Under the pieces are notes generated by a model. That model made no database searches. It was not told where the DNA came from and was given only the letters and a program-made list of their open reading frames with translations. Position numbers and translations under genes: made by a program. Shown here piece by piece: positions 30,966 to 40,639 of a stretch of 64,000 nt of DNA (position 1 is its first letter; each line of letters opens with the position of its first letter). The DNA is from Candidatus Nomurabacteria bacterium (GTDB lineage Bacteria > Patescibacteriota > Minisyncoccia > Phycocordibacterales > UBA9973): positions 5,179-69,178 of the forward strand of contig JAPLXR010000008.1 of assembly GCA_026395955.1 (NCBI GenBank), in the 5' to 3' direction.

Positions 30966-31868
30966 TTAAAAATATAAGAAATAACTACCAAAAATTATAA
31001 TACTCATTGCAAATACTTTCTGTAGAATAACTTTCTTACTAATATCTTCTTTTCCAAAAGAAGGAATGAAAACTGTAAAAATAATTCCTAATATAAATAC
31101 AAATATAGGTTGAAAGGCTTCAACCATTAGAACCATGGCTACAACTGGAGCCATCATTAAAGCTTTAGATATAAGTAAGTTGCCAGCAACAGTAGTTAAT
31201 TCAACTAAAGCACTAAAACCACATATAGCTAAAGCATCTTTTTTAAAAATCGTGAAAAATTCTTGTCTATAGGACTTTATAGAAAATAAAACTATAGCTG
31301 AAATAAATATTCCTACAGACTGCCAAAAAACTGAATTATAAAAATTTTCTGATGCACCTACTTTAAATAACACTTGATAAATAGCATAAGAAAGAGATGA
31401 TGTTATCATTAGTAGAAAAATATTTTTCTTAAATTTAAAACTAGAAAAATCGATAGAAATAATAACAGCACCCAATATCACTATTAAACCGCCAAGCATT
31501 TGTTTATTTGTCATTAATTCTCCTAAAAAAATGAATCCAAGTATAAATGCTAAAACAGGAATTAATTGAAAAGTAGGAGTTACTATAGATGTTTCATCTT
31601 TAGAAAGTGCAAATAAATATAGCAATATTGCAACAGTATATAAAATACCAGAAATTATCAATAGCAAAATATGGAGTGGTATAATAGAAAAAATATTTGG
31701 ATCTAGTAAATAAGTCCCTATTACTATAAAAATAGAAAAAAGAGATGAAAATGTTATCAAACCCTTGATACCTACTCCTTCTCCAAAACGAGTTATCAAA
31801 TACTTATCAATATGATTTGAAAAAGCCCAAAGTAATGGAGCCCATATAGCGATTAAAAGCCAAGACAT
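30966..31868 (-). CDS. EamA/DMT family transporter (10 TM)
   Basis: LWAFSNHIDKYL, SIVTPTFQLIPV, FLGE, duplicated halves. Confidence 0.88.
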   Translation of the reverse strand: MSWLLIAIWAPLLWAFSNHIDKYLITRFGEGVGIKGLITFSSLFSIFIVIGTYLLDPNIFSIIPLHILLLIISGILYTVAILLYLFALSKDETSIVTPTFQLIPVLAFILGFIFLGELMTNKQMLGGLIVILGAVIISIDFSSFKFKKNIFLLMITSSLSYAIYQVLFKVGASENFYNSVFWQSVGIFISAIVLFSIKSYRQEFFTIFKKDALAICGFSALVELTTVAGNLLISKALMMAPVVAMVLMVEAFQPIFVFILGIIFTVFIPSFGKEDISKKVILQKVFAMSIIIFGSYFLYF

Positions 31869-31889
31869 GTATTTAGTATATCATAATAT

Positions 31890-32360
31890 TTATAGAATAA
31901 ACTTAAGGGAGCCTAATCCAACCTCTTTTCTTAATTTATTAACATTTTCTATGTTTAAAATAGGTAGGAATTCTATATTCCCTTTCGAGTCTTTTTTATA
32001 TTGAGTACCATATATTTGTGGTAAATTTTTAAGAACTCTAAATTTATCTATTAAGTAAGCCTTATGAGAAAGATTTATTTCATTTTTTTTAAATTTTTCT
32101 AATAAATTAAGCGCTTTCTGTATAAAATATAAATCACCACAATGAAGCGTAATTAAAATCGCAGCAGTGTAAGCAGATTCTGAAGTCTTTTTTATAGTTG
32201 GAAAACCTATTTCTTCAATTATTTCTTTTAATATGTTTAAATGTTTATTATTTATATCACTTAATTCTGTTTGAGTTATTTTTTGATTATAAAAATCCTT
32301 AATAGCTATTTGGTCAACCTTCAAAATATTTTCAAGAATTTTTGTATAATTTTTATGCAT
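31890..32360 (-). CDS. DUF6624-like hypothetical protein
   Basis: AYLIDK....PQIYGTQY...PI.NIENVNKLRKEVGL. Confidence 0.65.
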   Translation of the reverse strand: MHKNYTKILENILKVDQIAIKDFYNQKITQTELSDINNKHLNILKEIIEEIGFPTIKKTSESAYTAAILITLHCGDLYFIQKALNLLEKFKKNEINLSHKAYLIDKFRVLKNLPQIYGTQYKKDSKGNIEFLPILNIENVNKLRKEVGLGSLKFIL

Positions 32361-32377
32361 AGCATTAAAATATATTA

Positions 32378-34075
32378 TTACTTTAAATACTCAGGTATAT
32401 TCTGGTTTAAATAGTCTAGAAGCTGGCGCATTATGTATGCTCCCCCAACTCCATTTGTTGTAGGCCCAGCTTCCATCATTACGATAAATGCGTAATGTGG
32501 GTGATCATATGGGAAAAATCCTGTAACCCAAGAGTTAACTTTGTCATTTGCGACACCGACTTGGGCCGTACCAGTTTTTGCAGCGACTTGTACATAAGGT
32601 ACATTTAATGCTACAGAAGTTCCTGTCAAAACACTCCTTCTCATTCCTTCATGAACAACATCAAAATAACTTTTACTAAAATCTAAATTAGTTATTTGAT
32701 TTTCTTTTTCAATATCATTAAGTAAGAAATGTGGAGTTAAAAGTTTTCCATAATTTGCGACAGCAGAAATAGCACGAACCATCTGTATAGGTGTAACTTG
32801 ATATCCGTATTGCCCGATAGCTGTGTGATATGTATCTCCTACTCTCCAAGCGGAGTCTTTTGGGAAATTTATTGCTTTCCATTCCGGACTAGGAATAACA
32901 CCTTCTTTTTCATCTGGTAAATCTACTCCGGTTTTTTCACCAATACCAAACATACGAGAATATTTTTCTATATTTGCAATACCGAGACCTTTTTGACTTT
33001 GAAAACCTCCTCCTATTTCATAAAAATAAACATCAGAAGACACTGCGATAGCATCTCGCATATCTACCCATCCTTGTGGACGCCAGTCTTTGAAGATTGT
33101 TTCTTTGGTTTTGTCATATGGGTTTGGAATAGAAATAGATCCCGTAGAAAGAATTTTTGTTAATGGGTCAATTACTTTTTCCTGTAATGCTCCCATAGAG
33201 ATGACTGGTTTTACAATAGATCCTGGTGTGTACAATCCAGACGATGTTCTATCCATAAAAACCTGATTTTTATTATTTAAATATCCATTGATTGTGACTG
33301 CGTCTTTACCTTGAGACAAAATATCTGAATCATATTCAGGATAAGAAACACTGGCTAGAATCTGGCCATTTGTTACATCCATGATCATTGCTGCTCCACC
33401 TTTAAAAGAAACTTGATTAGCTAGATTTTTTATTGAAGAAAATAATTGTGATTGAATTCTAGAATCTATAGTTAAATCTAAGTCAGCACCTCTCTGTGGT
33501 GCATTTACAATATTTTCAGAATATATTTTTCCTTGTACATCTGTTTCTACTATTTTTACTCCATTTGTACCTTGGAGTTGTGTATCGTATTGTTTTTCTA
33601 AACCGTCTTTACCTGTAAAGTTTGGCCTCCAATAATTACCAGATTTATCTTTTGCTGGATAAGATACGTATCCTACAAGGTGAGAAAAACCATTAGCTAA
33701 ATATGCACGAGAAGAAAAATCAGCTAAATCACCCTTTTTATTCCAAGCTAATTCTTTTTTATTCCTATCATAAATTATTCCTCTATCTGCAAATAATATT
33801 TGTTTATTTAAAGTATTATTTTGACTTCTTTTAAAATAAGCCTCCCCTTTTTTAATTTGTAAAATTCCTAAACGTGTCACAAACAAACAACCACATATAA
33901 AAAAGAAAGTTCCCAAGAAGAAGATCGTTTTTTTTGATACAGGACGCTCTATGCGACCTTCGAATTGTTGAATATCAAAATTACCAATATTTTGTGAATC
34001 AAGAAAAATCTCGTCTGGTGCGACATAGTTGTTTGCATTCTTTATTTTTTTACTTTTTGAAATTTTTCTGATCAT
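32378..34075 (-). CDS. mrdA: class B penicillin-binding protein (PBP2-like)
   Basis: N-terminal TM, RGIIYDRN, GSIVK (SxxK), SSDVYF, KTGTAQ. Confidence 0.85.
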   Translation of the reverse strand: MIRKISKSKKIKNANNYVAPDEIFLDSQNIGNFDIQQFEGRIERPVSKKTIFFLGTFFFICGCLFVTRLGILQIKKGEAYFKRSQNNTLNKQILFADRGIIYDRNKKELAWNKKGDLADFSSRAYLANGFSHLVGYVSYPAKDKSGNYWRPNFTGKDGLEKQYDTQLQGTNGVKIVETDVQGKIYSENIVNAPQRGADLDLTIDSRIQSQLFSSIKNLANQVSFKGGAAMIMDVTNGQILASVSYPEYDSDILSQGKDAVTINGYLNNKNQVFMDRTSSGLYTPGSIVKPVISMGALQEKVIDPLTKILSTGSISIPNPYDKTKETIFKDWRPQGWVDMRDAIAVSSDVYFYEIGGGFQSQKGLGIANIEKYSRMFGIGEKTGVDLPDEKEGVIPSPEWKAINFPKDSAWRVGDTYHTAIGQYGYQVTPIQMVRAISAVANYGKLLTPHFLLNDIEKENQITNLDFSKSYFDVVHEGMRRSVLTGTSVALNVPYVQVAAKTGTAQVGVANDKVNSWVTGFFPYDHPHYAFIVMMEAGPTTNGVGGAYIMRQLLDYLNQNIPEYLK

Positions 34076-34087
34076 TTATTATAAATA

Positions 34088-34345
34088 TTATTTTTTTGAA
34101 TAAAATTTTATTTTCTTTTTAATAATTTCTATAGCGAGAATAAAAATTAATGAAACTATAAATGCAGTAAATAAATTTTTCTGATGTACTCCAAAAAGTA
34201 GGTCAGATATTAGCATTAAAATACTAACTTCAATGAAGAAATTAAATAAAAATAATGATATAAAACATAACAAAATAGACGGCCAAAAAGGCATAAAAAG
34301 CATAGAAAACAAGAGTATTATTGATGTTAGGATTCTGTAGGCCAT
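34088..34345 (-). CDS. small polytopic membrane protein, possibly MreD-like
   Basis: Almost entirely hydrophobic, LISDLLFG, directly upstream of PBP2. Confidence 0.5.
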   Translation of the reverse strand: MAYRILTSIILLFSMLFMPFWPSILLCFISLFLFNFFIEVSILMLISDLLFGVHQKNLFTAFIVSLIFILAIEIIKKKIKFYSKK

Positions 34346-34346
34346 A

Positions 34347-35219
34347 TTATCTATTTTTCCACTTTCGCCAGATATACCTTAACACAAAAAAGATAACTAA
34401 TACAGACAAACCATAAAAGATTATTTTGAAGTCGAAAATAGCAGATAGTATCGCTGCAAAGAATAATTTTATATATTCGAACGGCTTACTGAGTTTACTT
34501 TTACCTTTTTCACTAGCATTTGATGCACCATTTTTTATATTATCTTTTATTGTTTGAATATTACTTTTTATTTTATCTTTAAAAGAAGTCGTTTTATTTT
34601 CTACAGATTGTCGGAAAGATTCTACTCCATCTACGACATACGCTACGGGTTTTGATATAAATGTCGGAGCATTATCTTTGATAGTATTAGCTACACTAGT
34701 TGTTTTATCATCTATTGTATTTACAAGTGAATTACTGGAATCCTTTATTGGATTGTTCGTAGTTGTATTTGTGTCAGTATTGGCTACCGTATCAATTTTC
34801 TTATTAACAGTTCTCTTACTAGTATCTGACTGATTATCTGGTAGATATACATCTACATATGTACCATTAGATGTCAGATATCGAGTACTTTCTATTTTTG
34901 CAAAAATAGTATGGTCACCGACAGTAACTTGCCATGGTAGACCAACTTGAGACACTTGACTCGATCCTGCTGTAAAGTTTCTTTTTCCTAGGAGGACATC
35001 ATTATCAAAAAATAAAACTGATCCAGAAAGCTGACGAGAGTCTGAGTTAAAAACTAAAGTATATATTTTTATATTATCACCTTCTTCAAAAGGATCTTTT
35101 GAATACCAAATATTTGAAGGAATAAAACCAGCATTTGTAGAATTTTGAGCAAAAGATATTTTATAACTAAAAGAAAAAACTAGTAGAAATACAAATATAA
35201 AAATTCGTCCTTTTTTCAT
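34347..35219 (-). CDS. secreted/surface protein with Ig-like (CARDB-like) domain and C-terminal TM
   Basis: Signal peptide, IWYSKDPFEEGD..IYTLVFN, W..TVGDHTI.A, C-terminal hydrophobic helix plus basic tail. Confidence 0.65.
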   Translation of the reverse strand: MKKGRIFIFVFLLVFSFSYKISFAQNSTNAGFIPSNIWYSKDPFEEGDNIKIYTLVFNSDSRQLSGSVLFFDNDVLLGKRNFTAGSSQVSQVGLPWQVTVGDHTIFAKIESTRYLTSNGTYVDVYLPDNQSDTSKRTVNKKIDTVANTDTNTTTNNPIKDSSNSLVNTIDDKTTSVANTIKDNAPTFISKPVAYVVDGVESFRQSVENKTTSFKDKIKSNIQTIKDNIKNGASNASEKGKSKLSKPFEYIKLFFAAILSAIFDFKIIFYGLSVLVIFFVLRYIWRKWKNR

Positions 35220-35260
35220 AGTTTAATTATAACATTTGAAATAAATTTATAAAAGGAATT

Positions 35261-35905
35261 TTAAATCCCCTCTTTTTTTAATTCTTCGAGAAGTTCGCGG
35301 GCTTTTTTAGATATTTTGTGTGGAACTTTTACATAGACTTTTATATACAAGTCACCTGGTTTTCCATCCTTGATACTTTCACCCATACCTGTCATTTTCA
35401 ACATTTGTCCGTCATGAATACCTGATGGAATTACTATTTTTATTTCTTTATGACCTGTAATAATTATTTTTCTTTCAGCACCGAGTATTGCATCAATCAT
35501 AGATATTTCTATTTCTGTTTGCATGTCTCTTCCTTTTGGGGTTCTCTTGTAACCTCGTGCACCTCCAAAAAAATCTGAGAATATATCATTTAAATCAAAT
35601 TCTACTCCGCCACCATTTTGGAAACCAGAAAAGTCGAAACCTTCAAAACCACCACCGAACCCACCTTGGTATTGTTGTCCACCACCTCCCATATTTTGAT
35701 ACCCAGAACCAAATCTGTCGTACTGAGCACGTTTCGTATCATCTGAAAGAGTTTGATAAGCTTCATTTATTTCTTTGAATTTCTTGTCGTCTCCTTTGTT
35801 TTTGTCTGGATGGTGTTGATGCGCAAGCTTACGAAAAGCTGTTTTCAGCTCGTCTTTTGAGGCACTTTTATTTACACCTAGTATTTCATAGTAATCTTTT
35901 GACAT
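35261..35905 (-). CDS. dnaJ: DnaJ-class co-chaperone, short (no zinc finger)
   Basis: [13 protein letters not shown]-rich linker, [14 protein letters not shown]. Confidence 0.85.
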   Translation of the reverse strand: MSKDYYEILGVNKSASKDELKTAFRKLAHQHHPDKNKGDDKKFKEINEAYQTLSDDTKRAQYDRFGSGYQNMGGGGQQYQGGFGGGFEGFDFSGFQNGGGVEFDLNDIFSDFFGGARGYKRTPKGRDMQTEIEISMIDAILGAERKIIITGHKEIKIVIPSGIHDGQMLKMTGMGESIKDGKPGDLYIKVYVKVPHKISKKARELLEELKKEGI

Positions 35906-35918
35906 ATTTATATATTAG

Positions 35919-37910
35919 TTATTCTAAAATTTTTAGCAAGACGTCTTCGGGAACTTCTTTGATTTGAGGTTTAGATTGTTCCCCTCCTTGTTGAGGAGGG
36001 GTGGCTTTAGCTGGGGTGGTGGCTTCTGTTTTCTGCGCAATAAAATCTTTAAATTTATTCATGTCATCACTACTAGCACCTTTATCTTTTGGAAAATTAT
36101 TTGGTAAAGGATTAGTTTGACCTTTTAATGAATTTAATGAAATTGAAGGCTGAGGCTGAACAACTTTTTCTTCTTTCAATGTTTCCGAAAGAGCTTTATT
36201 TAAAATATCTTTCAAAGCATTATTTTGAGACATTGGTCTTTGAATATTTTGTATTGGTTGTTGTTGTGGAGCTGGTTTAAATACTTTTGGTTCTACTGGT
36301 GGAGTTGGAGCTTTATATACTGGTTTAAAAGTTGTTTGTGTAGGTTGTTGTACAGGAGCAGGTGGAGTAATTATTGGTGCTTTTATTTCTTTCTTTTCTT
36401 CTAGAGGTTTCGGTGCGACATATGGTAAAGGCTTGATTGTACCTTCTTTCATTTTAGCAATACAGTCTTTACAATACACAGGTCGTCCTGCTTCTGGTTT
36501 GAATGGAACCAAAGTATCTTTACCACAGATAGAACATTTAACTGGGAATTGTTCTACATCTTTATTTCCCTTTGGAGCTGTCGCGGCTGAAAGATTTAAA
36601 AACATTCCACTCCATTCACTGATTTCTTTTTCAACAATTTCTCTAGGGCGAGCATAAAGTTTTCTAGAGATATCTATAACTTCTTGTTCTGTTTGTAAGT
36701 TTCTCTTTGTAATCATCGGTGGTAATGTGCGTGCAGAAAATGGACGACTTGTTACGCCATCGATCATAAGTTTCAAATAAATTCTATAGTTTGGAAGACT
36801 TACGATATCTTGAGCCATAAATTCTGGTTCGAATTCTTTTTCTAAAAAGTCTGCATCTTCAGCACCAACACGAAATACAATCATAGTTCCGACGTTACCG
36901 AAAACAGCATCACGCACAGCTGAACCATTTGCAGAAACGAGTTGAGCAGTGTATTGGTGTGCAACCGTTAGATTTAAACGGTATTTTCGAGCTTCAGAAA
37001 GAATGTTTGCAAAAGAATCTGTTACGAAGTTTTGGAATTCGTCTACATATAAATAAAAGTCTTTACGTTGATCTTCAGCAATACGTACACGCTCCATCGC
37101 TGCGAGTTGGATTTTTGTAATAAGCATACCTCCGAGCAATGCTGAATTATCTTCACCGATACGTCCCTTCGAAACGTTCACGAGGAAAATTTTCTTCTCG
37201 TTCATAATATCAAAAAGATTGATTGTACTTTTTGATTGACCGACAACATTACGCACAATAGAACTTGAGAGAAATTGTCCGACTTTATTTTGAATAGGTG
37301 TAATAGCTTCATTACGGAATTTGTCTTGCCAAGTATCATATTCATTTACCCAAAAACCTTTTACGATAGGATCTTTGATATTATCAACAATTGTTTTTCT
37401 ATATGGTTTATCTACGAGCATACGAGTCACACCGAGGAGTGTCGTGCCAGGAGTTTCAAGCAATGCCAAAATAGCATTGTTCAAAATATATTCCATACGA
37501 GCAGACCAAACATTCGCCCAGATCTTCGTAAAGATTCCCATGAGTCCTGAAGCTACGAGATGTTTGTATTGAGGATCGACGAGTTCGAGAACATTTAACC
37601 CAATATGATAATCAGTATCAGCTGGATTGAAATATACAACGTCTTGCATTCTATGTGGAGGAATACTAGAAACAATATCTTCTACGAGTTCACCGTGAGG
37701 ATCGACAACACAAACACCTTCACCATTGATGATGTTTTGCATAACCATATTTGTCATAAAAGCAGATTTACCTGTTCCTGATTTTCCTAGAATATATACG
37801 TGCTGTCTGCGATCTTTTCTTTTAATACCAAAAAGCTGATTTTTATTTCTAAATGTTGTTTCACCTAGATATGTGATATCTTTATTTTCTGGGAATTGTA
37901 TTGGATCCAT
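35919..37910 (-). CDS. VirD4/TraG/HerA-like ATPase with CxxC-x17-CxxC zinc ribbon (start moved to MDPIQ)
   Basis: HVYILGKSGTGKS, DPHGE, LYVDEFQNF, SEARKY, AHQY; CSICGKDTLVPFKPEAGRPVYCKDC. Confidence 0.85.
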   Translation of the reverse strand: MDPIQFPENKDITYLGETTFRNKNQLFGIKRKDRRQHVYILGKSGTGKSAFMTNMVMQNIINGEGVCVVDPHGELVEDIVSSIPPHRMQDVVYFNPADTDYHIGLNVLELVDPQYKHLVASGLMGIFTKIWANVWSARMEYILNNAILALLETPGTTLLGVTRMLVDKPYRKTIVDNIKDPIVKGFWVNEYDTWQDKFRNEAITPIQNKVGQFLSSSIVRNVVGQSKSTINLFDIMNEKKIFLVNVSKGRIGEDNSALLGGMLITKIQLAAMERVRIAEDQRKDFYLYVDEFQNFVTDSFANILSEARKYRLNLTVAHQYTAQLVSANGSAVRDAVFGNVGTMIVFRVGAEDADFLEKEFEPEFMAQDIVSLPNYRIYLKLMIDGVTSRPFSARTLPPMITKRNLQTEQEVIDISRKLYARPREIVEKEISEWSGMFLNLSAATAPKGNKDVEQFPVKCSICGKDTLVPFKPEAGRPVYCKDCIAKMKEGTIKPLPYVAPKPLEEKKEIKAPIITPPAPVQQPTQTTFKPVYKAPTPPVEPKVFKPAPQQQPIQNIQRPMSQNNALKDILNKALSETLKEEKVVQPQPSISLNSLKGQTNPLPNNFPKDKGASSDDMNKFKDFIAQKTEATTPAKATPPQQGGEQSKPQIKEVPEDVLLKILE

Positions 37911-37935
37911 ATATATGATTATATCAGTTATTAAA

Positions 37936-37967
37936 AACAAAAAAAGCTTTTTAAAGCTTTTTTTGTT
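37936..37967. terminator. A/T hairpin downstream of dnaK
   Basis: AACAAAAAAAGCTTT-TT-AAAGCTTTTTTTGTT. Confidence 0.5.
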
Positions 37968-38048
37968 AGAGAAATTGAAAGTATTTTTTCGAGCTGGTCT
38001 GGCTGACCCCCTTCCAAGGACCCGAGAAAAAATTCTTTCAGTTTCTCT
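37968..38048. repeat. 81-nt intergenic hairpin element with CCCTTCCAAG loop motif
   Basis: Arms AGAGAAATTGAAAGTATTTTTTCG / CGAGAAAAAATTCTTTCAGTTTCTCT around a GC-rich loop. Confidence 0.7.
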
Positions 38049-38053
38049 TCTTG

Positions 38054-39949
38054 CTATGCTTTTGGTTCTTCACCCTCTGGCTTTACCTCCTCACCTTTGA
38101 CTTCGGTTGCTTGTTCTTCGGGTGTACCTCCGGATGGAGCCTCTGCACCTGCTTTACTCATAGCTTCACCGATCTTAGACATTTCTGTAGAAAGTTCTTC
38201 TAGAGCTTTTTGAATAGCTGGTAAGTCTGTACCATCTTTTAATCCGCGAAGTGCTGTGATTTTTGCATTCACTCCATCTTTCACTTCTGCTGGAATTTTT
38301 GCTTCATTATCTTTCAAAGCTTTTTCTGCAGAGTAAATAGTCATTTCACAAGAATTTTTTATTTCTGCTAATTCTTTTTTCTGTTTATCTTCTTCAGCAT
38401 GAAGTTCAGCATCAGCTTGCATCTTCTTTATATCTTCATCTTTCAATCCTGAACTTGCTTCGATTTTAATTGATTGAGTTTTACCTGAAGCTTTATCTTT
38501 TGCAGTGACGTTAAGAATACCATTCGCATCTACATCGAAAGAAACTTCGACTTGTGGCATACCGCGTGGTGCTGGTGGAATACCATCGAGAATAAATCTT
38601 CCGAGTGATTTGTTATCACCAGCCATTGGACGTTCACCTTGAACGATATGGATTTCTACACTTGTTTGATTGTCGGCTGCTGTAGAAAATGTCTGTGATT
38701 TAGAGGATGGAATAGTTGTATTTCTCTCAACTAATTTTGTAGCCACGCCTCCAAGTGTTTCGATACCGAGTGAAAGTGGAATAACATCGAGAAGTAAAAC
38801 GTCGCGCACATCACCTTGTAATACTCCAGCTTGCACTGCAGCACCGAGGGCGACGACTTCGTCTGGATTGATAGAAAGGTTTGGAGTTTTTCCAAAAACT
38901 TTTTTCACTTCTTCCACGATCTTTGGCATTCTTGTTTGTCCTCCGACCATTATTATTTCATTCATTTCTTCCATTTTGAAACCAGAAGCAGTCATAGCTC
39001 GCTTTGTTATCTCGATAGAACGAGTGATATATTCATCGGCAATTGATTCGAGTTGCGCACGAGTCATTTTGAGTAATAAGTGTTGTGGGCCAGCTTCTGT
39101 AGAAGTAATGAAAGGGATGTTGATTTCTGTTTCAATAGCTGTAGAAAGCTCGATTTTAGCCTTTTCAGCAGCTTCATCGAGGCGTTGTAATGCGAGCTTG
39201 TCATTGCGGACATCTACACCTGAAGTCTTCTTGTATTCTTCTGCGATCCAAGCAATAATCTTGTGATCAATATCACGGCCTCCGAGGTGACTGTCGCCAT
39301 CTGTTGATTTTACTTCGATAACATCGTCACCAATTTCAAGAACTGACACGTCGAATGTACCTCCTCCGAAGTCATACACAACGATCTTTTCATTTTTCTT
39401 TTTATTGAAACCATAAGCGAGAGCTGCGGCTGTAGGCTCGTTTATAATTCTCTTTACATCGAGTCCTGCGATCATACCTGCATCCTTTGTAGCTTTTCTT
39501 TGTGCATCATTGAAATATGCTGGAACTGTAATAACAGCCTCAGTAATTTTTTCTCCAATCTTTGCTTCCACATCAGCCTTAATTTTTCCTAAAATCATCG
39601 CAGAGATTTCTTCTGGGCGCATCCATTTGTCGCCGATCATTACTTCTACTCCTCCGTCTTTTCCTTTTTGTAATTTAAATGAAGCATTCTTCAAATCCTT
39701 TTGCACTTCTGGATCTTCAAAATTGTGACCCATAAAACGCTTGATACCGTAGACGGTATTTTCCGGATTCGTCACTGCCTGTCTTTTTGCAAGTAAACCT
39801 ACGAGACGATCTCCATTTTTTGCAACAGAAACGATACTCGGAGTCGTTCGAGCTCCTTCGATATTTTCTATAATCTTCGGCTGTCCTCCTTCGATGATTG
39901 CTACTGCACTATTTGTTGTACCCAAGTCTATTCCAATTATTTTTGACAT
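38054..39949 (-). CDS. dnaK: chaperone DnaK (Hsp70)
   Basis: [42 protein letters not shown]. Confidence 0.99.
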   Translation of the reverse strand: MSKIIGIDLGTTNSAVAIIEGGQPKIIENIEGARTTPSIVSVAKNGDRLVGLLAKRQAVTNPENTVYGIKRFMGHNFEDPEVQKDLKNASFKLQKGKDGGVEVMIGDKWMRPEEISAMILGKIKADVEAKIGEKITEAVITVPAYFNDAQRKATKDAGMIAGLDVKRIINEPTAAALAYGFNKKKNEKIVVYDFGGGTFDVSVLEIGDDVIEVKSTDGDSHLGGRDIDHKIIAWIAEEYKKTSGVDVRNDKLALQRLDEAAEKAKIELSTAIETEINIPFITSTEAGPQHLLLKMTRAQLESIADEYITRSIEITKRAMTASGFKMEEMNEIIMVGGQTRMPKIVEEVKKVFGKTPNLSINPDEVVALGAAVQAGVLQGDVRDVLLLDVIPLSLGIETLGGVATKLVERNTTIPSSKSQTFSTAADNQTSVEIHIVQGERPMAGDNKSLGRFILDGIPPAPRGMPQVEVSFDVDANGILNVTAKDKASGKTQSIKIEASSGLKDEDIKKMQADAELHAEEDKQKKELAEIKNSCEMTIYSAEKALKDNEAKIPAEVKDGVNAKITALRGLKDGTDLPAIQKALEELSTEMSKIGEAMSKAGAEAPSGGTPEEQATEVKGEEVKPEGEEPKA

Positions 39950-39987
39950 ATATTTTTTATTTGATTAATTTTTAATGGTTAATAATT

Positions 39988-40227
39988 TTATTTGATATCT
40001 TCTTTTCTATTTTTATTATAATTGTTCCAACCTATTGAATAAAATATTATTAAAAAAGGTAAAAACAACAATAAGAAACTTTGGAAATATTGATGGCAAT
40101 TTTTACCAAAATCTATTTTATAACAATAATAAGAACCTGCACTTTTTTCAATCAAAGTAAACAGGGTGATCATAAACAACCACAATACTGCCAGCTGACT
40201 TTTTGTAATTTTATAAATATTTTTCAT
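39988..40227 (-). CDS. small 2-TM hypothetical protein
   Basis: 79-aa AT-rich ORF with two hydrophobic helices and a Cys pair in the loop. Confidence 0.6.
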   Translation of the reverse strand: MKNIYKITKSQLAVLWLFMITLFTLIEKSAGSYYCYKIDFGKNCHQYFQSFLLLFLPFLIIFYSIGWNNYNKNRKEDIK

Positions 40228-40242
40228 ATTTTATCTTTATAA

Positions 40243-40545
40243 TTAATTACTAATAAAAAAACTAATAATTGACCAAATTAATTGGAGAATTCCAACAAAT
40301 ACAAGTCCAAAGGTTAACCAATTCATTGCTCTAGATCTTTTATAATTACTGATAGAAAGTTGAGTATTTGATTTAATTAACTCATTGACTGAATCAGCGA
40401 TTACGGACTTTAATTGTTGGACAGATAAAGCTACATTTTGAGAAGCGAAGGCATTTGCTTTCATAGCTGTATTATCCGTAAGATGTGAATTTTCTGCTTC
40501 TTTTAAGATTCTATTTACTTTATCATTAAAATCATTTTCTTCCAT
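40243..40545 (-). CDS. hypothetical protein with C-terminal TM
   Basis: 100-aa ORF, coiled-coil-like then WLTFGLVFVGILQLIW; TTGCAA-17-TATAAT upstream. Confidence 0.65.
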   Translation of the reverse strand: MEENDFNDKVNRILKEAENSHLTDNTAMKANAFASQNVALSVQQLKSVIADSVNELIKSNTQLSISNYKRSRAMNWLTFGLVFVGILQLIWSIISFFISN

Positions 40546-40580
40546 AATAAACCTATTATATACAAGCCTTAATAATTTTG

Positions 40581-40608
40581 CAAGTATTTCGTGGTCGCGG
40601 AATACTTG
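40581..40608. promoter_or_regulatory. palindromic candidate operator between divergent promoters
   Basis: CAAGTATTTCG-TGGTCG-CGGAATACTTG (10 of 11 arm positions match). Confidence 0.6.
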
Positions 40609-40639
40609 TTAAAATGAGTATATATGATAATATAGAAGC

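Noticed and set aside
35919-37910. Integrated conjugative element or prophage
   Set aside because: No integrase, relaxase, VirB or phage structural cluster and no att-like direct repeats seen; neighbours are core genes
37968-38048. SRP (4.5S) RNA, because minus-strand TCGGGTCCTTGGAAGGGGGTCAGCC resembles helix 8
   Set aside because: The conserved CAGG/AGCA internal loop and 3-bp apical stem do not match, no promoter is evident, and the core recurs inside leuS; an Rfam scan would settle it
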